Shown here piece by piece: positions 14,935-27,339 of a stretch of 64,000 nt of DNA. Origin of the DNA: Felis catus (Eukaryota); assembly GCF_018350175.1 (NCBI RefSeq), contig NC_058383.1, forward strand, positions 7,254,001-7,318,000. Reading direction: 5' to 3'. Made by a program: the position numbers and the translations under genes. The notes below the pieces were generated by a model that did no database searches, had not been told where the DNA came from, and was given only the letters and a program-made list of their open reading frames with translations. Numbering within the stretch: the first letter of the stretch is position 1; each line of letters begins with the position of its first letter.

Positions 14935-16856
14935 AAACTTTTTCTTTAAGTAAGCTCAACACCCAACCTGGGGCTCAAACCCACAACCTTGAGATCAAGA
15001 GTTGTATGCTCTACTGACTAAGCCAGCCAGGTGCCCTGGAACTGAGACAGACTTTAATCCCATCAGATCTTTGAGGTCATGGGCATTACCTATCAAGCCA
15101 TTTTGTACTTGTTTTGAATTCAGTCTGTTTTCAGTATGTGATCTTGCCACAAACCTAAACAGATGTTGTGATGGTCTGCTTAACTGCCCCTGAGACTTGC
15201 TCAGTCGGTCCGTATCTGTATGGAGCCAACACAGTGGGTTCTACAGTCAGATGTTCTTAGCTTTGTCCCTTGACTTGCTGTGAGTGACCCTTTGGCAAAT
15301 GACGCACCTTCTCTAAGCCTCAGTGTTCACTTCTGTGAACAGTAGGTACTTGATAAGTAACTGGCTTAAATGCCAGCATGCTGGTGAAGCATTTGCCTAG
15401 AGGCTGCTTGGAGTATGTGCTCAGAACCCATTACCAATCATTCATATCGGGAGGAGTATCTGCCAGGAGCAATTCATGGCTTAGGGAGACGTCAGACAGT
15501 CCTGCAGTGTCTCTTTCCAGACAGAACGGATATACCTCAAACAATTTTTAAAAAGCATTTACAAACTCAGATTGATCTCATCTGTTGTGAGACGAATTCT
15601 GAGTTTGTTTCTTTTTAAGTAATTTTATTTTTATTTTTTAATGTTTATTTTTGAGAGGGAGACGAGCGCAAGAGAGGGAGGGGCAGAAAGAGAAGGAGAC
15701 ACAGAATCTGAAGCAGGCTCCAGGCTCTGAGCTGTCAGCACAGAGCCCGATGTGGGACTCAAACTCAGGAACCGTGAGATCATGACCTGAGCCGAAGTCA
15801 GACGCTTAACAACTGAGCCACCTAGGTGCTCCGGGAATTTTGAGTTTTGATATACTTTTGAGCTACCATAAAACATCTACTGTCTCTAACATACTCTAAA
15901 TTTCCTTAAAAGGTAGACTCCACAGTTGTAGAATATGAGTCAAAAGTCTGGTAGCCTTTTTTTTTTTTTTTTTTTTAAGTAGTCTCCATGTCCAATGTAG
16001 GGCTTGAACTCACGATCCTGAGATCAAAAGTTGCATACTCTACTGACTGAGCCATCCAGGCACCCCATTAGTCTTTTTTTTTTTTTTTTTTTTTTGGTAA
16101 AAAATGGGATATATTGCATACACCAAGCACACTAAACTTCTTTGGCAATTTTTCCTTTTTTGTTAAATTTTTTAAATATTTATTTATTTTTGAGGGAGAC
16201 AGAGAGTGAGAACAGGGGAAGGACAGAGAGAGGGAGACACAGAATCCAAAGCAGGGTCCAGGCTCTGAGCTGTCAGCACAGAGCCCAATGCGGGGCTCAA
16301 ACTCTCGAACTGTGAGATCGTGACCTGAGCTGAGGTCAGACACTTAACTGACTGAGCCACGCAGGTGCCCCACTTTTTTTGGCAATTTAAAAAAATTGTG
16401 GTAGGGGCGCGTGGGTGGCTCAGTCGGTTAAGCGTCCGACTTAGGCTCAGGTCACGATCTCACATTTCATGGGTTCGAGCCCCGCGTTGGGCTCTGTGTG
16501 GACAGCTCAGAACCTGGAGCCTGTTTCCGATTCTGTGTCTCCCTCTCTCTGACCCTCCCCCGTTCATGCTCTGTCTCTCTCTGTCTCAAAAATAAATAAA
16601 CATTAAAAAAAAATTTTTTTTTAAATTGTGGTAAAAGATATTTAACATAGGGGCACCTGGGTGGTTCAGTTGGTTAAGCCTCTGACTCTTTCTGACTCTT
16701 GATTTCAGCTCAGGTCATGATCTCACAGTTTGTGGGTTCAAGCCCCTCATTAGGCCCTGCACTGACAGTGTGGAGCCTGCTTGGGATTCTCTTTCTCTCT
16801 CTCTCTGCCCCTCCCCTGACTGTGCTAGCTCCCTCTGTCAAAAGTAAATAAATAAA

Positions 16857-16860
<4 letters not shown>
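14935..16860. mobile_element. Cluster of six Can-SINEs: reverse at about 14935-15035, 15620-15834, 15958-16067 and 16155-16370; forward at 16403-16620 and 16650-16860
   Basis: Each copy has the SINEC head, core and tail. The ORF track shows the typical SINE-derived peptides (SAQVMIS..., EPASDSVSPSLS). Confidence 0.85.

Positions 16861-16914
<54 letters not shown>
16859..16914. repeat. (TA)28 microsatellite at a SINE tail
   Basis: Directly visible perfect TA run. Confidence 0.95.
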
Positions 16915-16918
<4 letters not shown>

Positions 16919-17164
16919 ACATAAATTTTACCACTTTTGTGTGTACAATTAAATGCCATTAAGTACATTCACGATGTTAGAGTCTTTTCAATACGGCAAA
17001 CTCACAAGGTTTTCCTGAAGTATGAGTTTGGGCATTTCATGACAATTGCAGGGCCCCCCACTAGTGTGGAGGTCCTACATGATCATAACCTCGTACAACA
17101 GATTTACTGTATGTGAGATGAAATCCTAACTCTGCTTGTGAAGACCACCTCAGGCATTCCCTTT

Positions 17165-18826
17165 AGGTGAGCTCTCAGGTGCTTGGTGAGGTCCATCTTA
17201 AGACAGAAGTTTCTCTGGCACTGACTCCCTGTGTAAAGGGCCTCTCTCTCGTGTGGATACTGATGATAAGACTCAAGCTCTGGCTGAAAGCTGTCTCATA
17301 TGTATGCATATGTGAGGTTTCTCTGCAGCATGGTCCCCCTGGTCTGCTGAGACCCCCCTGTCAAGGCATAATGCTTTGTCACACCTGGCACAATTATAAG
17401 GTCCCTCTCCTGTGTGGACACACTGATGGGTGGGAAGATTGGACTTTTGACAGAAGCTTGTCTCACTGCTTTTATAAGGCTTCTCTGCAGTGTGAGCACC
17501 CTGATGTTTGGTGGGATCCCTACTCAAACAGAAGGTTTTCTCCCACCAATCAGACACATAGGGCCTCTCTCTGCTGTGAATGGTTTGGTGTGTGATAAGG
17601 TTTGAACTCCACAACCACTGCATTTATAAGGTTTCTCTCCAGTGTGGATTCTGGGTTGTATGAGAAGGTTTGATTGCTGACAGTAAGTTTCCCCACAACG
17701 AAGGCACGTGTGAGCTTTCTGCCCAGCGTGCGCCCCCTGTGTGTGGTCAGACTTGGTTTTCTGATAGGTTTCCCCACAGTTGTTGCATTGATGAGGTTTC
17801 TCTCCAGTGTGGAATATCTGACTTGAAAAAGCCATGAGCAATTCCTAAAGGCTCTTCCACACTCGCATTTATTTCTCTCTAGAACGAATTTTCTGATGGC
17901 CAATGAGGCGCGTTCTGCCTCAAGGGTTTTCTACGGTCACTGCACTTAAACGGCTTCTCCCCATGATGGATTTTCCAACGCTGAGTAAGGGTGGAGCGCC
18001 CAGTGAGCGCTTTCCCATATTCATCACACGCTGAAGGGCTGCTCTCTCCAGCATGTTTTCTCAGACGCTAGAAGGTGGGGCTTCTGACCTAGGTTTTCCT
18101 ACAATCACTACATAATAGGATTTCTTTAGTTGGGGGATTTTCTGATGCTTACTGGTGGCTGAACAACCCAATACATTTCTTTAAAAAATTTTTTTTTAAT
18201 GTTTATTTGAGAGAGAGACAGAGCAGGAGCAGGGGAGAGGCAAAGAGAGAGGGAAACACAGAATCTGAAGTGGGCTCCAAGTGGTCAGCAACATGGAGCC
18301 CAACACAGGGCTTGAATTCACGAACCGTGAGATCATGACCTGAGCTGAAGTTGGATGCTTAACTGACTGTGCCATCCAGGCATCCCCCGCCCAATACATT
18401 TCTTACAATATTTTAATATTATTTAATATTTAATATTTAGTATTAATTTTTTTTTAAATTTAAGTAGGCTCCGTGCCCAACCTGAGGGTTGAACTCACAA
18501 CTTCGTGATCGAGAGCTGCATGCTCTACTGACTGAGTCAACCAGATGCCCCAGAGATCTTTCTTCTTATGGGATGTTGACATCTCTATCAGCTTTCTTAT
18601 GATTGAAGGCTTTTTCTCCAATGGGGGGTTTTCTGGGGATAACTGTTGTTCTGCTAGAACACGACCTGGGGGAAGGAGATACTTTTCTTTCTTTCGTGGA
18701 ATTTTGCTGCTATTTCTAAATAGCTCATAGATTTAGAATATTCATCAAATCTTCCATTTATATCTGCTGCTTTACGACCACCCCCTCCTGGAGTACTCAG
18801 GTTATTTTTGGTTGTCAATTTTTGGT
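17165..18826 (-). pseudogene. Decayed C2H2 zinc-finger gene last exon (about 12 degenerate fingers), interrupted by two SINEs
   Basis: Acceptor ttttctatttatcatcttag|ACC at 18826. Linker remnants HGEKPF, HTGEKPH, HTGEKPY, HSRERPY, HTAEKPY, HTGEGPY. Many stops, frameshifts and lost Cys/His ligands. SINEs at about 18182-18388 (TSD cccaatacatttctt at 18167-18181 and 18390-18404) and about 18445-18550. Confidence 0.85.
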
Positions 18827-19177
18827 CTAAGATGATAAATAGAAAAAAAGGAAAATGACATTAATCTCTGTGGTAAAGGAAAGAAACATTCTATTAAAAG
18901 TCTGGAGTGATTTACATCACTCTGAGATAAATGCGCAGGCAGCTTAGGCATTAGAGGCAGACAGAGCCTCAGTGAGAATTCTAGCTGCACCACTGAATTG
19001 GTTGGAGTGCTGAGTCTGTTTCCTCATGTGTAAAATAGCAATATAAACTACCTCCTAAGTCACAGATTCTTCTGAGTATAGAATGTATGTAAAAGCCTTA
19101 AGCACTGTACATGACATACTAAGTTACCATGTTTATTCAGTAAACAGTAGCTACTGTAATCAAAAAGCACAATGCTA

Positions 19178-19305
19178 GGGGCACCTGGGTGGCTCATTCA
19201 GTTAAGTGTCTTACTCTTAGTTTTGGCTCAGGTCATGATCTTACAGTTCATGAGATCGAGCCCTGCATCGGGTTCAGAGCTGACAGCTCAGAGGCTGCTT
19301 GGGAT

Positions 19306-19341
<36 letters not shown>

Positions 19342-19420
19342 TCTCTCTCTGCCTCTTCCCCCTGCGTGCTCTCTCTCGCTCTCACTCTCAAAATAAATAG
19401 ATAAAAACCAAAAAAAACGA
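19178..19420 (+). mobile_element. Can-SINE with an expanded (CT)n tract
   Basis: ggggcacctgggtggctcattcagttaag head, long ctct run, aaaataaatag tail. Confidence 0.9.
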
Positions 19421-19840
19421 AAGCACATGCTAAATATATTCCCCTGACATTGGTCGGTGTGGGTCTCTGGCAGCGCCAAGAGGAGACAGAGGAGAGCGTC
19501 GAATGCTCTCAGAAACTCAGAATGCGTCAGAAACTCATCAATTTCACGTCCGTGTTTTGAATGCTTCAATCCTCTGCTAACTGCATCTCCCTTCTGAAGA
19601 TACTTCACTTCCAGTCACTGTCTGCCTTACCCCTGCTGCCACATTCCTGCCCCAGCAACCGGCCCGGAACCCATGTTTTGTCACTACCTGTGGTCTCTCG
19701 GTGACAGAGGGATGCTGTCAACACATCGGAAGCAGTAACACATTTGGATTAGTGGAGATGGGCCCAATTTGATAGATGAAGGAAAAGACTTGCAGAATAA
19801 ACTTCGTCTCCTACTTCCAATGAAATGTGATCGTGCCATT

Positions 19841-19990
19841 GGGGCGCCTGGGTGGCTCAGTAGGTTGAGAGTCTGACTCTTGATCTTAGCTCAGGTCTTG
19901 ATCTCAAGGTCGTGAGTTCAGGACCCATGTTGGGCTCCATGCTGGGCATGAGGCCTACTTTGAATAAATGAATGAATGAATGAATGAATG
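19841..19990 (+). mobile_element. Short Can-SINE with a (GAAT)n tail
   Basis: ggggcgcctgggtggctcagtaggttgagagtctgactc head; tail aatgaatgaatgaatgaatg. Confidence 0.8.
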
Positions 19991-20848
19991 ATCTTGCCAT
20001 TATTCAAGACATACTACTGTAGTAGGTTGCATAATGGCCACCCAAAGGCTTTGTCAAGTCCTAATCCCTGGAACTTGTAAATGTTATTTTATTTGGGAAA
20101 AGGGTCTAATTAAGTTAAGGAATTTGAGATGAGATCAGCCTTTTATTTCTAACTATGGGGAAACAGAACCCAAAGCTCTTCTGCTTAATCTGACTGAGGT
20201 GTCACTGCTATATCACATTAACCAGGAAGATATTCACAGAAGAAAATGGCTCAGGAGGAAAATCCCCGTAATTAAGGTAAGGTAAGGGGAATGGAGGGAG
20301 GTCAGCTGGGACAAAGGTCTGTGGCAACCAGATCTTCCTCACATGTCTATACTTTCACCCTAATAGCAGAAATCAAAGACTTAAAAAGAACTCCCCCCCC
20401 CCCCATTTCAGAATAGGTATTATAAATTCTTTACTGGGAAAGGAGTCCAGTAAAGATGGATGATATGCCTGCGGTTAACATTCTGGTTGGCAGGCAGACA
20501 GTGCTGCTGGAACGTGAGGGAGAAAAGTTTACATCACAGGCAGCCGTTTGCTGTGCAAAATGAGGCTCTGGAGTCGGCATTTTATACTTTAATATCTTTT
20601 GCTGGATTCTTATACTTGACATTTGTAAATGCTTCTTCAAACAAATCAAGTTAATCCACTAACTTTTGCAGAAAATTTGGTTAATTTCCGGTGAATTGTT
20701 TTCTGGAGAACAAGGCCTGAGTTCTGTTCTTAGAGGCCCCATTCTCAGATGAGGCTCTTTTTGCACATGCCGGCCTGGCCACGACACAAACTGTGGTGCC
20801 ATGGGCCACTCAACCACCACTGAAATGGACTCCAAATAAAAGATGAGA

Positions 20849-21010
20849 GGGGCGCCTGGGTGGCTCAGTCAGTTAAGCATCTGACTTCAGCTCAGGTCAT
20901 GATCTCACAGCTCATGGGTTCGAGCCCCACATGGGGCTCTGTGCTGACAGCTCAGAGCCTGGAGCCTGCTTCAGATTCTGTGTCTCCCTCTCTCTCTGCC
21001 CCTCCCTCCC
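20849..21010 (+). mobile_element. Can-SINE running into an N gap
   Basis: Consensus SINEC_Fc head and core, truncated by the gap at 21011-21143. Confidence 0.9.
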
Positions 21011-22571
21011 NNNNNNNNNNNNNNNNNNNNNNNNNNNNNNNNNNNNNNNNNNNNNNNNNNNNNNNNNNNNNNNNNNNNNNNNNNNNNNNNNNNNNNNNNN
21101 NNNNNNNNNNNNNNNNNNNNNNNNNNNNNNNNNNNNNNNNNNNGGATCAACCCATGTGTGATATATTGTCATATAATATTGATTGACATTCCTCAAAAAA
21201 CTTTAAAGGAAATATTGTTTGACTCAATTCTCCTATTTTTAAATTGGGAAAAGTCATTATTTAATCTAAAAACTGGACTTTGGTTTCTGCAGTTTTCCCC
21301 AATTTATTAGAAGTGTGTTCAATCAGTTGCATGTTGCTGCATTTCACCCTGCGGTCCATCCCACCTGGGCCTCCCCTGTGCCCAGCACCCCATCCTCATC
21401 GCCAGCCACTCTGGGCTGTATCAGGAACCAGGTAGTGCAGCTGGGTGGTGAGCCCAGCCCAGACGACACTCAGGCCACTGGCTCTATGCAGCGCTGGCCA
21501 AAGGCGACTGTCCAGATGCCCCTGCCTGCCTTGCACAGGGAGCCATGTCTCTCACAGAGCCACCCATGACTGCCCCCTCTGGGCCCATATTATTGAAAAC
21601 AAGTGGGCTTGTTACCAGGCTGGGTTGGACAGGCCTCCTGAGTCAGTCACTTTCAGCAGTGCTCCATGTCGGCTGCAGGTCACAAAATCCCTGTCTCAGG
21701 AGCTGGCCTCCAGCCCATTCCTGTAACCCGCAGCCAGCTGGTCATCTGTGGGCAATTCCACATCGTGTAGGCACTTTCTCCACCCAAACCATCACAACCA
21801 CGATCACACATGTACACACACGCACACGCACACATACGTCCCAATACCACACACACACACACAGCTCAGCTCGTTGTCCGGGAGGATGGACTGAGAGAGG
21901 ATAAGGTGTTCACTCTCCATTTAGTCCTGGAAGTGGCCAGAGGAGTGTAATCTGTAAAGAAAGCATCGTTAACTTTCTAATTGATTAAGGTTCCATGGAG
22001 TTACAAAGAGAAATTGGTCCATGAGCCTCCACCCTAGGAGTTACAGTCTGGAAAACAAAAGTGAGCAGTTCGGGAGTTGCAGGAACTAGGAGACTGAGCC
22101 CATCCCGTGCACTGAGAGGCAACTTATTCTCTCTTCTGATCCTCCGTGGCCCTCGTCCTGGGCATTTAATCGCTTGCCAGGTGCTCTTGCTTCTACCGCC
22201 ACGAGATCTCCATAGCAACCTCCTCCTCCCATTGCTGCCTCCTCTCCCCTACAACCATGACGCCACTAGGCCCTCGGGTGCCAAGAGCGGCTCTGCTCAC
22301 CACACCCCATGCCAGGCGCCCAGGCCGGGCCCCTAATGGGAAGCCTGTCCTCTGCAACCCTGACCTTCACCGTCGTCGGGCCTCCTGCCTCACCGAAAAT
22401 CAAGGCTCTCTGGTCTGACTTATCTCAACTTCCTGACCTCTCACCTAACTCAGAAGGTCTGCACATCCCCACCATCTCCTTACCTGCAGTTGTGGAGGAA
22501 GAAGCTTACACCTAGTCCCTGAGAAGCGGCTTGCAGGAACCAGCCAAGACTGGACGGCACGCCTGGGGGGT

Positions 22572-22572
<1 letters not shown>

Positions 22573-22605
<33 letters not shown>
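22573..22605. repeat. (AGC)11 / (CAG)10 trinucleotide repeat
   Basis: Directly visible perfect run. Confidence 0.95.
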
Positions 22606-22608
<3 letters not shown>

Positions 22609-23460
22609 GACGTGGAAGGGCCACAGCCAGGGGCGGCCACTGGGAGGTGACCTGTGGGAGTAGGTGGGCCGCTCCGTCCACCGAAAAGCAGCAGCGAGGC
22701 TCTGGGCTCCAGCCTGGCCGCATCCTTACGCACAGACGCTCACAGGGCATGCCGGCACAGGGGCTGTGGCTGTTTCTCCAAAAGTGAATAACTTCATTTG
22801 CACAAAACCCACATGAATTTTTGCCACAGCTGAAAATACTATCTGTCAAGTGAGATGACCTCACCTGCCAGCCGCCCCCACCCAGCCCCCCGTATCCCAG
22901 CTGAGGCCCCCCTGGCCTGTGGCCATCGCCGAGAACCGCTCCTGGATATGAGTCTATCTCCTCTGTCCCTCCAGCCTTAGTGAAGCCCCCTTACAGACGA
23001 GATGTGGCTGAGCCCCTGACGGTGCCTCCAGAGGATCCTGTGGTCCTGTGTGGGTGCTCATGAGTGAGCAGAGGGGGCTCGTGTTTGGACACACAGGAGA
23101 AAGTGGGGCCAGTTTCCATAGACAGCAGCCGTGTCTCTTGCAGTCCCATGAGCCCCGATGCTGACTTGGATCCTGCCTTTGGATTCTGCGATCTCTCTGT
23201 GCCGCGTATCACCCTCCCTTCCCCACTTTTCACTGGACTTAGTCTGGAGAGGCTAAGTGATAAGCATTTATGAAAGTTTGGATTATAGCACTAACCACTC
23301 TCCTGGACCAGGAACCTCTGACCACTGGCAGGAAGCACTTAACACCGTGACTCCCCAGAGCAGCTGTTGCCATGGGCATGTACATGGTAGAGCGATGATC
23401 CAAATGAATCAGCACAGCAGTTCCGACCAGAAGGTAAGGATTTAAGAGGCCTCCCTCTGG

Positions 23461-23615
23461 AGTGCCTGGGTGGCTCAGTCAGTTAAGCATCCAACTTCAG
23501 ATCAGGTCATGATTTCATGGTTCATGAGTTGGCTTGTGCTGTCTCTCTCTCTCCCTCCCCCACCCCCCACCAAATCAAAAATAAATAAAGATTAAAAAAT
23601 TAAAAAAAAAAAAGA
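23461..23615 (+). mobile_element. Internally deleted Can-SINE
   Basis: gtgcctgggtggctcagtcagttaagcatccaacttcag head joined to the CT tract and A tail. Confidence 0.75.
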
Positions 23616-25289
23616 TGCCTCCCTCTTATTCCACGACTTGCAGAGACCATCCCTGTGTAGTCTCAGGGCACTTGGTTTAAAGGTGACAGAGAACTATGGA
23701 ATCATGTATCCATTTCCAATAACAACTAAAAACTAGCTCGAGTATCACCCTCATTCAGTTTGGGATCCAGGTCCCCAGTCACAATGCTCACATCCATAGA
23801 GCTGTAGCAGAGAGATGTCCAGATGGCCCATCTGTCCCTCCCCATAGCTTCGGCCTGCTCCCTCTCTACGTGTCCAGGCTTCCTGAGTGTTTAGAGGCAT
23901 CTCTTGGGTCCTGCACTGAGATGTTGGACAGGAGGGGCCAGGTGCTGGGAAGAGACTGGCCTCGTGGTGAGGGTTCCTGAGCACAAGGCTGGAGCAGAGG
24001 TCTCTTGCTCCCGGGCTGGCCTTGGGACAAGCACAGCGCCTTGCCCTCAGGACCCAGCTCTTACAGGCCAGCTACCCTCCCCACAGGGTGTCACTCAGCG
24101 AAGGCAGCATCCAGCCAGATGGGTTAAAGCTCTGTTTTACCCCCTACACCCAGGGTGTAGATGGCCCTGAAGCATAGAGATGGGACAGTTTCCGGGCCAG
24201 GTGTCCTGTAGGGCTGGGGCTGCAGGAACATGGTCGAATCTCTCCCAAAGGAAACACCAACTGCAGGAGAGATATTGTCCCCAAAGCCATGCTTGGAGTG
24301 TGGTTGTGCAAGCTGGTAACCGGCCCCAGCAGCTACTTCAAGAGCCAAGGTGCTTCCCAATCCTCCGCAGGTCTCTGAGGGAAGGCAGCTCTCCTAAACT
24401 AAGCTCAGGGACAGAGCTTTTCACAGAATGCCAGGAGGTACCACCCCTCCCCAGGACGGCGGAGGCAGTACTGAATAGTGGCTGCTGACCTTGGAGTCTG
24501 ATGCCAGGGGAAAAAAAGAAGGCTGAGGGTTCTGTTTCACCTGTTCTGCCTCCACCAGACCCTGCCCTCTCAGTCTGAAGGATTGGTGTGGTCTCCTGCT
24601 GATTGTCACTGGTTGGCTGGTTGTCGTTGTAGCCACTGAGAACGTGTTAGATTCCTCGGTCCTTGTTTCTGTAGGGGAAGACGAGCCTGAATTCAGCAGA
24701 TGGGGTCTGGACAAGGTTTGCAATTGGAGAAATGTAGCTGCAGTGATCTTGTGTGGGGCCTGATGTCTTTGCTGCTTCTACACCTAAACATGTAAGTAGG
24801 AAGCGGTGGGTCATATGCTCGCAATTTTCCAGTCCCTTAAGTGTTAGAGGGGATTTTCCCATTCAGGGACTGCCGTAGGTAGACGTAGGTAGACATAGGT
24901 AGACGGTGACGGGACATGCAGATCGCCAAGCGAAGGAGAAAGGGAAATCCCAGCTTTACTCAAAAAACGGGGCCAGTGTTCCCAGGGAAGCCATTTCTCA
25001 GGGTGACAGTGCCACCTGTGGGACACAGCCATCAGGCGCACCTGCTCCCGAAGAACTCCAGACTCCGGAGGCTTTGTAACTCTCCAGCCTCATACCCCCA
25101 TTTTGGGGTGAATCAAGTCAAAGCTGATGATTAACAAGATGGGAGTAGCCTAAAATGTCTCTCTAGTAAGACAGAGATGGTATATTTAAGAGTCCGAGAG
25201 GTTTTACATGAAGAAATGGCACCGCTGCTTTGGAAGCAAACACCTGAAAAAAAGACATGGGGCAGTGGGAACTTCAGGTCTCAGAGTTC

Positions 25290-26700
25290 CCCTAAATGCC
25301 TGGGTTTCGTTCACTGATGGCCCAGCCTAGATGAAACCTGATGGGGTCCACTGGGTGGCTGACGCTACCCAGCTTCAGGGCCGGCGACGCAAAACTGAAA
25401 GCCAATGTCACGGCTCTGCTCAGCAGGGAGAACTCAAAGCTGTTCTCATCATTAATGTGGCCAGCATTCCACTGAGCTTTTACTGACTTGGGCTGTTAGT
25501 CAATGGCCTGGCTGCTTGGTTTGCCACTTGAAGATGACAGAGACAATTAAAGGCATGCCCTTTGGGGCAATGCACTTTGGAAACACACCTTGGCTCTGAC
25601 AGCTGAGTCACTCATGTGCGTGCCCAAGGTTGGGACCTGGTCTCAAAGGCTGGCACTTTTAAGATGCTGATCAAGGAGCATCTGCATGGCTGTCAGTTGA
25701 GCATCTTATTCTTGGTTTCGGCTCAGGTCATGATCCCAGGGTCGTGGGATTGAGCCCTGCGTCCGGCTCCGTGCTGAGTGTNNNNNNNNNNNNNNNNNNN
25801 NNNNNNNNNNNNNNNNNNNNNNNNNNNNNNNNNNNNNNNNNNNNNNNNNNNNNNNNNNNNNNNNNNNNNNNNNNNNNNNNNNNNNNNNNNNNNNNNNNNN
25901 NNNNNNNNNNNNNNNNNNNNNNNNNNNNNNNNNNNNNNNNNNNNNNNNNNNNNNNNNNNNNNNNNNNNNNNNNACACTGCCTAGAAGCTCCCTCCCACTC
26001 CTCCTAAATCGTCTCCACCAAACTTTCAACACTTTTTAGGGGCTTTCTTGGTGCCAGTGTCCCTGGTCCATTCTGATGGAACTTAGACCACATCGTTATG
26101 GCCCTTGAAACTAAGCTGTGTCATGTTTTAGGCTTTGTAGACCATCTACAGTCTGACATTTGGTGCACCTTTTGTCCCCAGATCTAACCAACAATGGGCC
26201 AACAGTCAAGGTGTTGGATGGACATTCCACACTCCCTACCATCCACAGCATCTGAGTGCCAAGGGCTGCAATGGCCTCCTCCAAATTATCCCTACCTCCC
26301 TCACCTCCTCCCGAGTAAGGTGTCATGGTCGCTACAGACCCTAGTAAGGTGTCATGGTCGCTAAATGTGGCTGCTGCCTGAAAGTGTTCATCTCCTCTTG
26401 GTTGGCCACCATCTCTTGGGTAATGATCAGGATGAAAGGGAGCTTTGTAGACTTGTTTTAAAAATTAAAGATTCTGCCCTGACCATTCCTGAGTATGACA
26501 GTTCTTCCCCCGGCCTCCCATGGCTACCCCAGGCCATCCTGGTTGGTAGACCCTTTGGATACAGCCCAGCCAAAAGGGAGCCTAGGGAATTCCAACTTAA
26601 TTCTGGTTCAGCCACCAGGATTCTCTTCATGGACTGACATAATTCTAGATCACAAAGACAATGACCATTCAACTGAGGGCATTGCTCTCCAGTTCCCCCA
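25290..26700 (+). mobile_element. Degraded ERVL-class retroviral pol (RNase H and integrase remnants), split by a SINE and an N gap
   Basis: Hand translation across stops and frameshifts: WVSFTDG (25301), SAQQGELKAVL (25415-25447), NGLAAWFAT; LQSD and QQWANSQGVGWTFHTPYHPQ...NGLL (about 26150-26284). These resemble ERVL RNase H and integrase core motifs. Confidence 0.7.
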
Positions 26701-26717
26701 CAGTGGCCCACATGTGC

Positions 26718-27025
26718 TGTGGCAGGCTGAACAATAGTCCCCAAAGACAGCCAGGTCCTAATGCTTGGAACCTGTGAATGTTACTTTACAGGGAAAAAGA
26801 GATTTTGAAGATCTGATTAAGTTAAGGATCTTCAGCAGAGAGATTATCATGGCTTTAGGATTAAGTTAAGGATCTTCAGATGGGGAGAGTATCCTGGGTT
26901 ATCCCAGTGGGCACTACGTGTAATCCCAGGTGTCTTTATAAGAGGGAAGCAGGGAGGGATTTGACTACAGAAGGCAATGTGACAGTGGAAACACAGAGAC
27001 AAAGAAGGATTTAAGATGCTGCTAA
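26718..27025 (+). mobile_element. MLT1 (MaLR) LTR fragment, MLT1C/D-like
   Basis: tgtggcaggctgaacaatagtccccaaagac...ggaacctgtgaatgttactttac...gattaagttaaggatctt...cttataagagggaagcag. Confidence 0.7.
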
Positions 27026-27339
27026 AACCCTGGACTTGAAGATGAGGAAGGTGATAAACCAGAACACATTTCCTGGTACCACTGGTCATGGGCACTGGAG
27101 TGGGCTCTGCAGGGTCAAGACAGTGGTCTCCACCTGCTTTCTGAGAGCTTACACTTTGGGTGTGATACAGACACTTACCCCAGAGAGCCAGCCAGACAGA
27201 TTGTGGGGCAGCAAGAGGGGTAAATGCAGTGTACACACCTTGCTTGAGTGGAGGAGTGGGGACAGGCCTGGAAACGGCTAGGTTTGCCAGAGGTGAGTTT
27301 TGAAAGGCTGTTGGGAAGGGTTAGAAAATGCCGGGAATG

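Noticed and set aside
17165-18826. The decayed ZNF exon as the ZSCAN21 orthologue
   Set aside because: One finger resembles the ZSCAN21 end (FCxKSNLxxHQxVHTGEG), but there are about 12 fingers, more than recalled for ZSCAN21, and no SCAN exon upstream.
23064-23273. EKVGPVSIDSS resembles cathepsin VGPVSVAIDA or an NXPE segment
   Set aside because: Only a 4-6 residue match with no flanking support.
24871-24903. Short direct repeats (gtaggtagac x3) as a CRISPR-like or functional array
   Set aside because: Three 10-bp head-to-tail units with no spacers in mammalian DNA; simple slippage.
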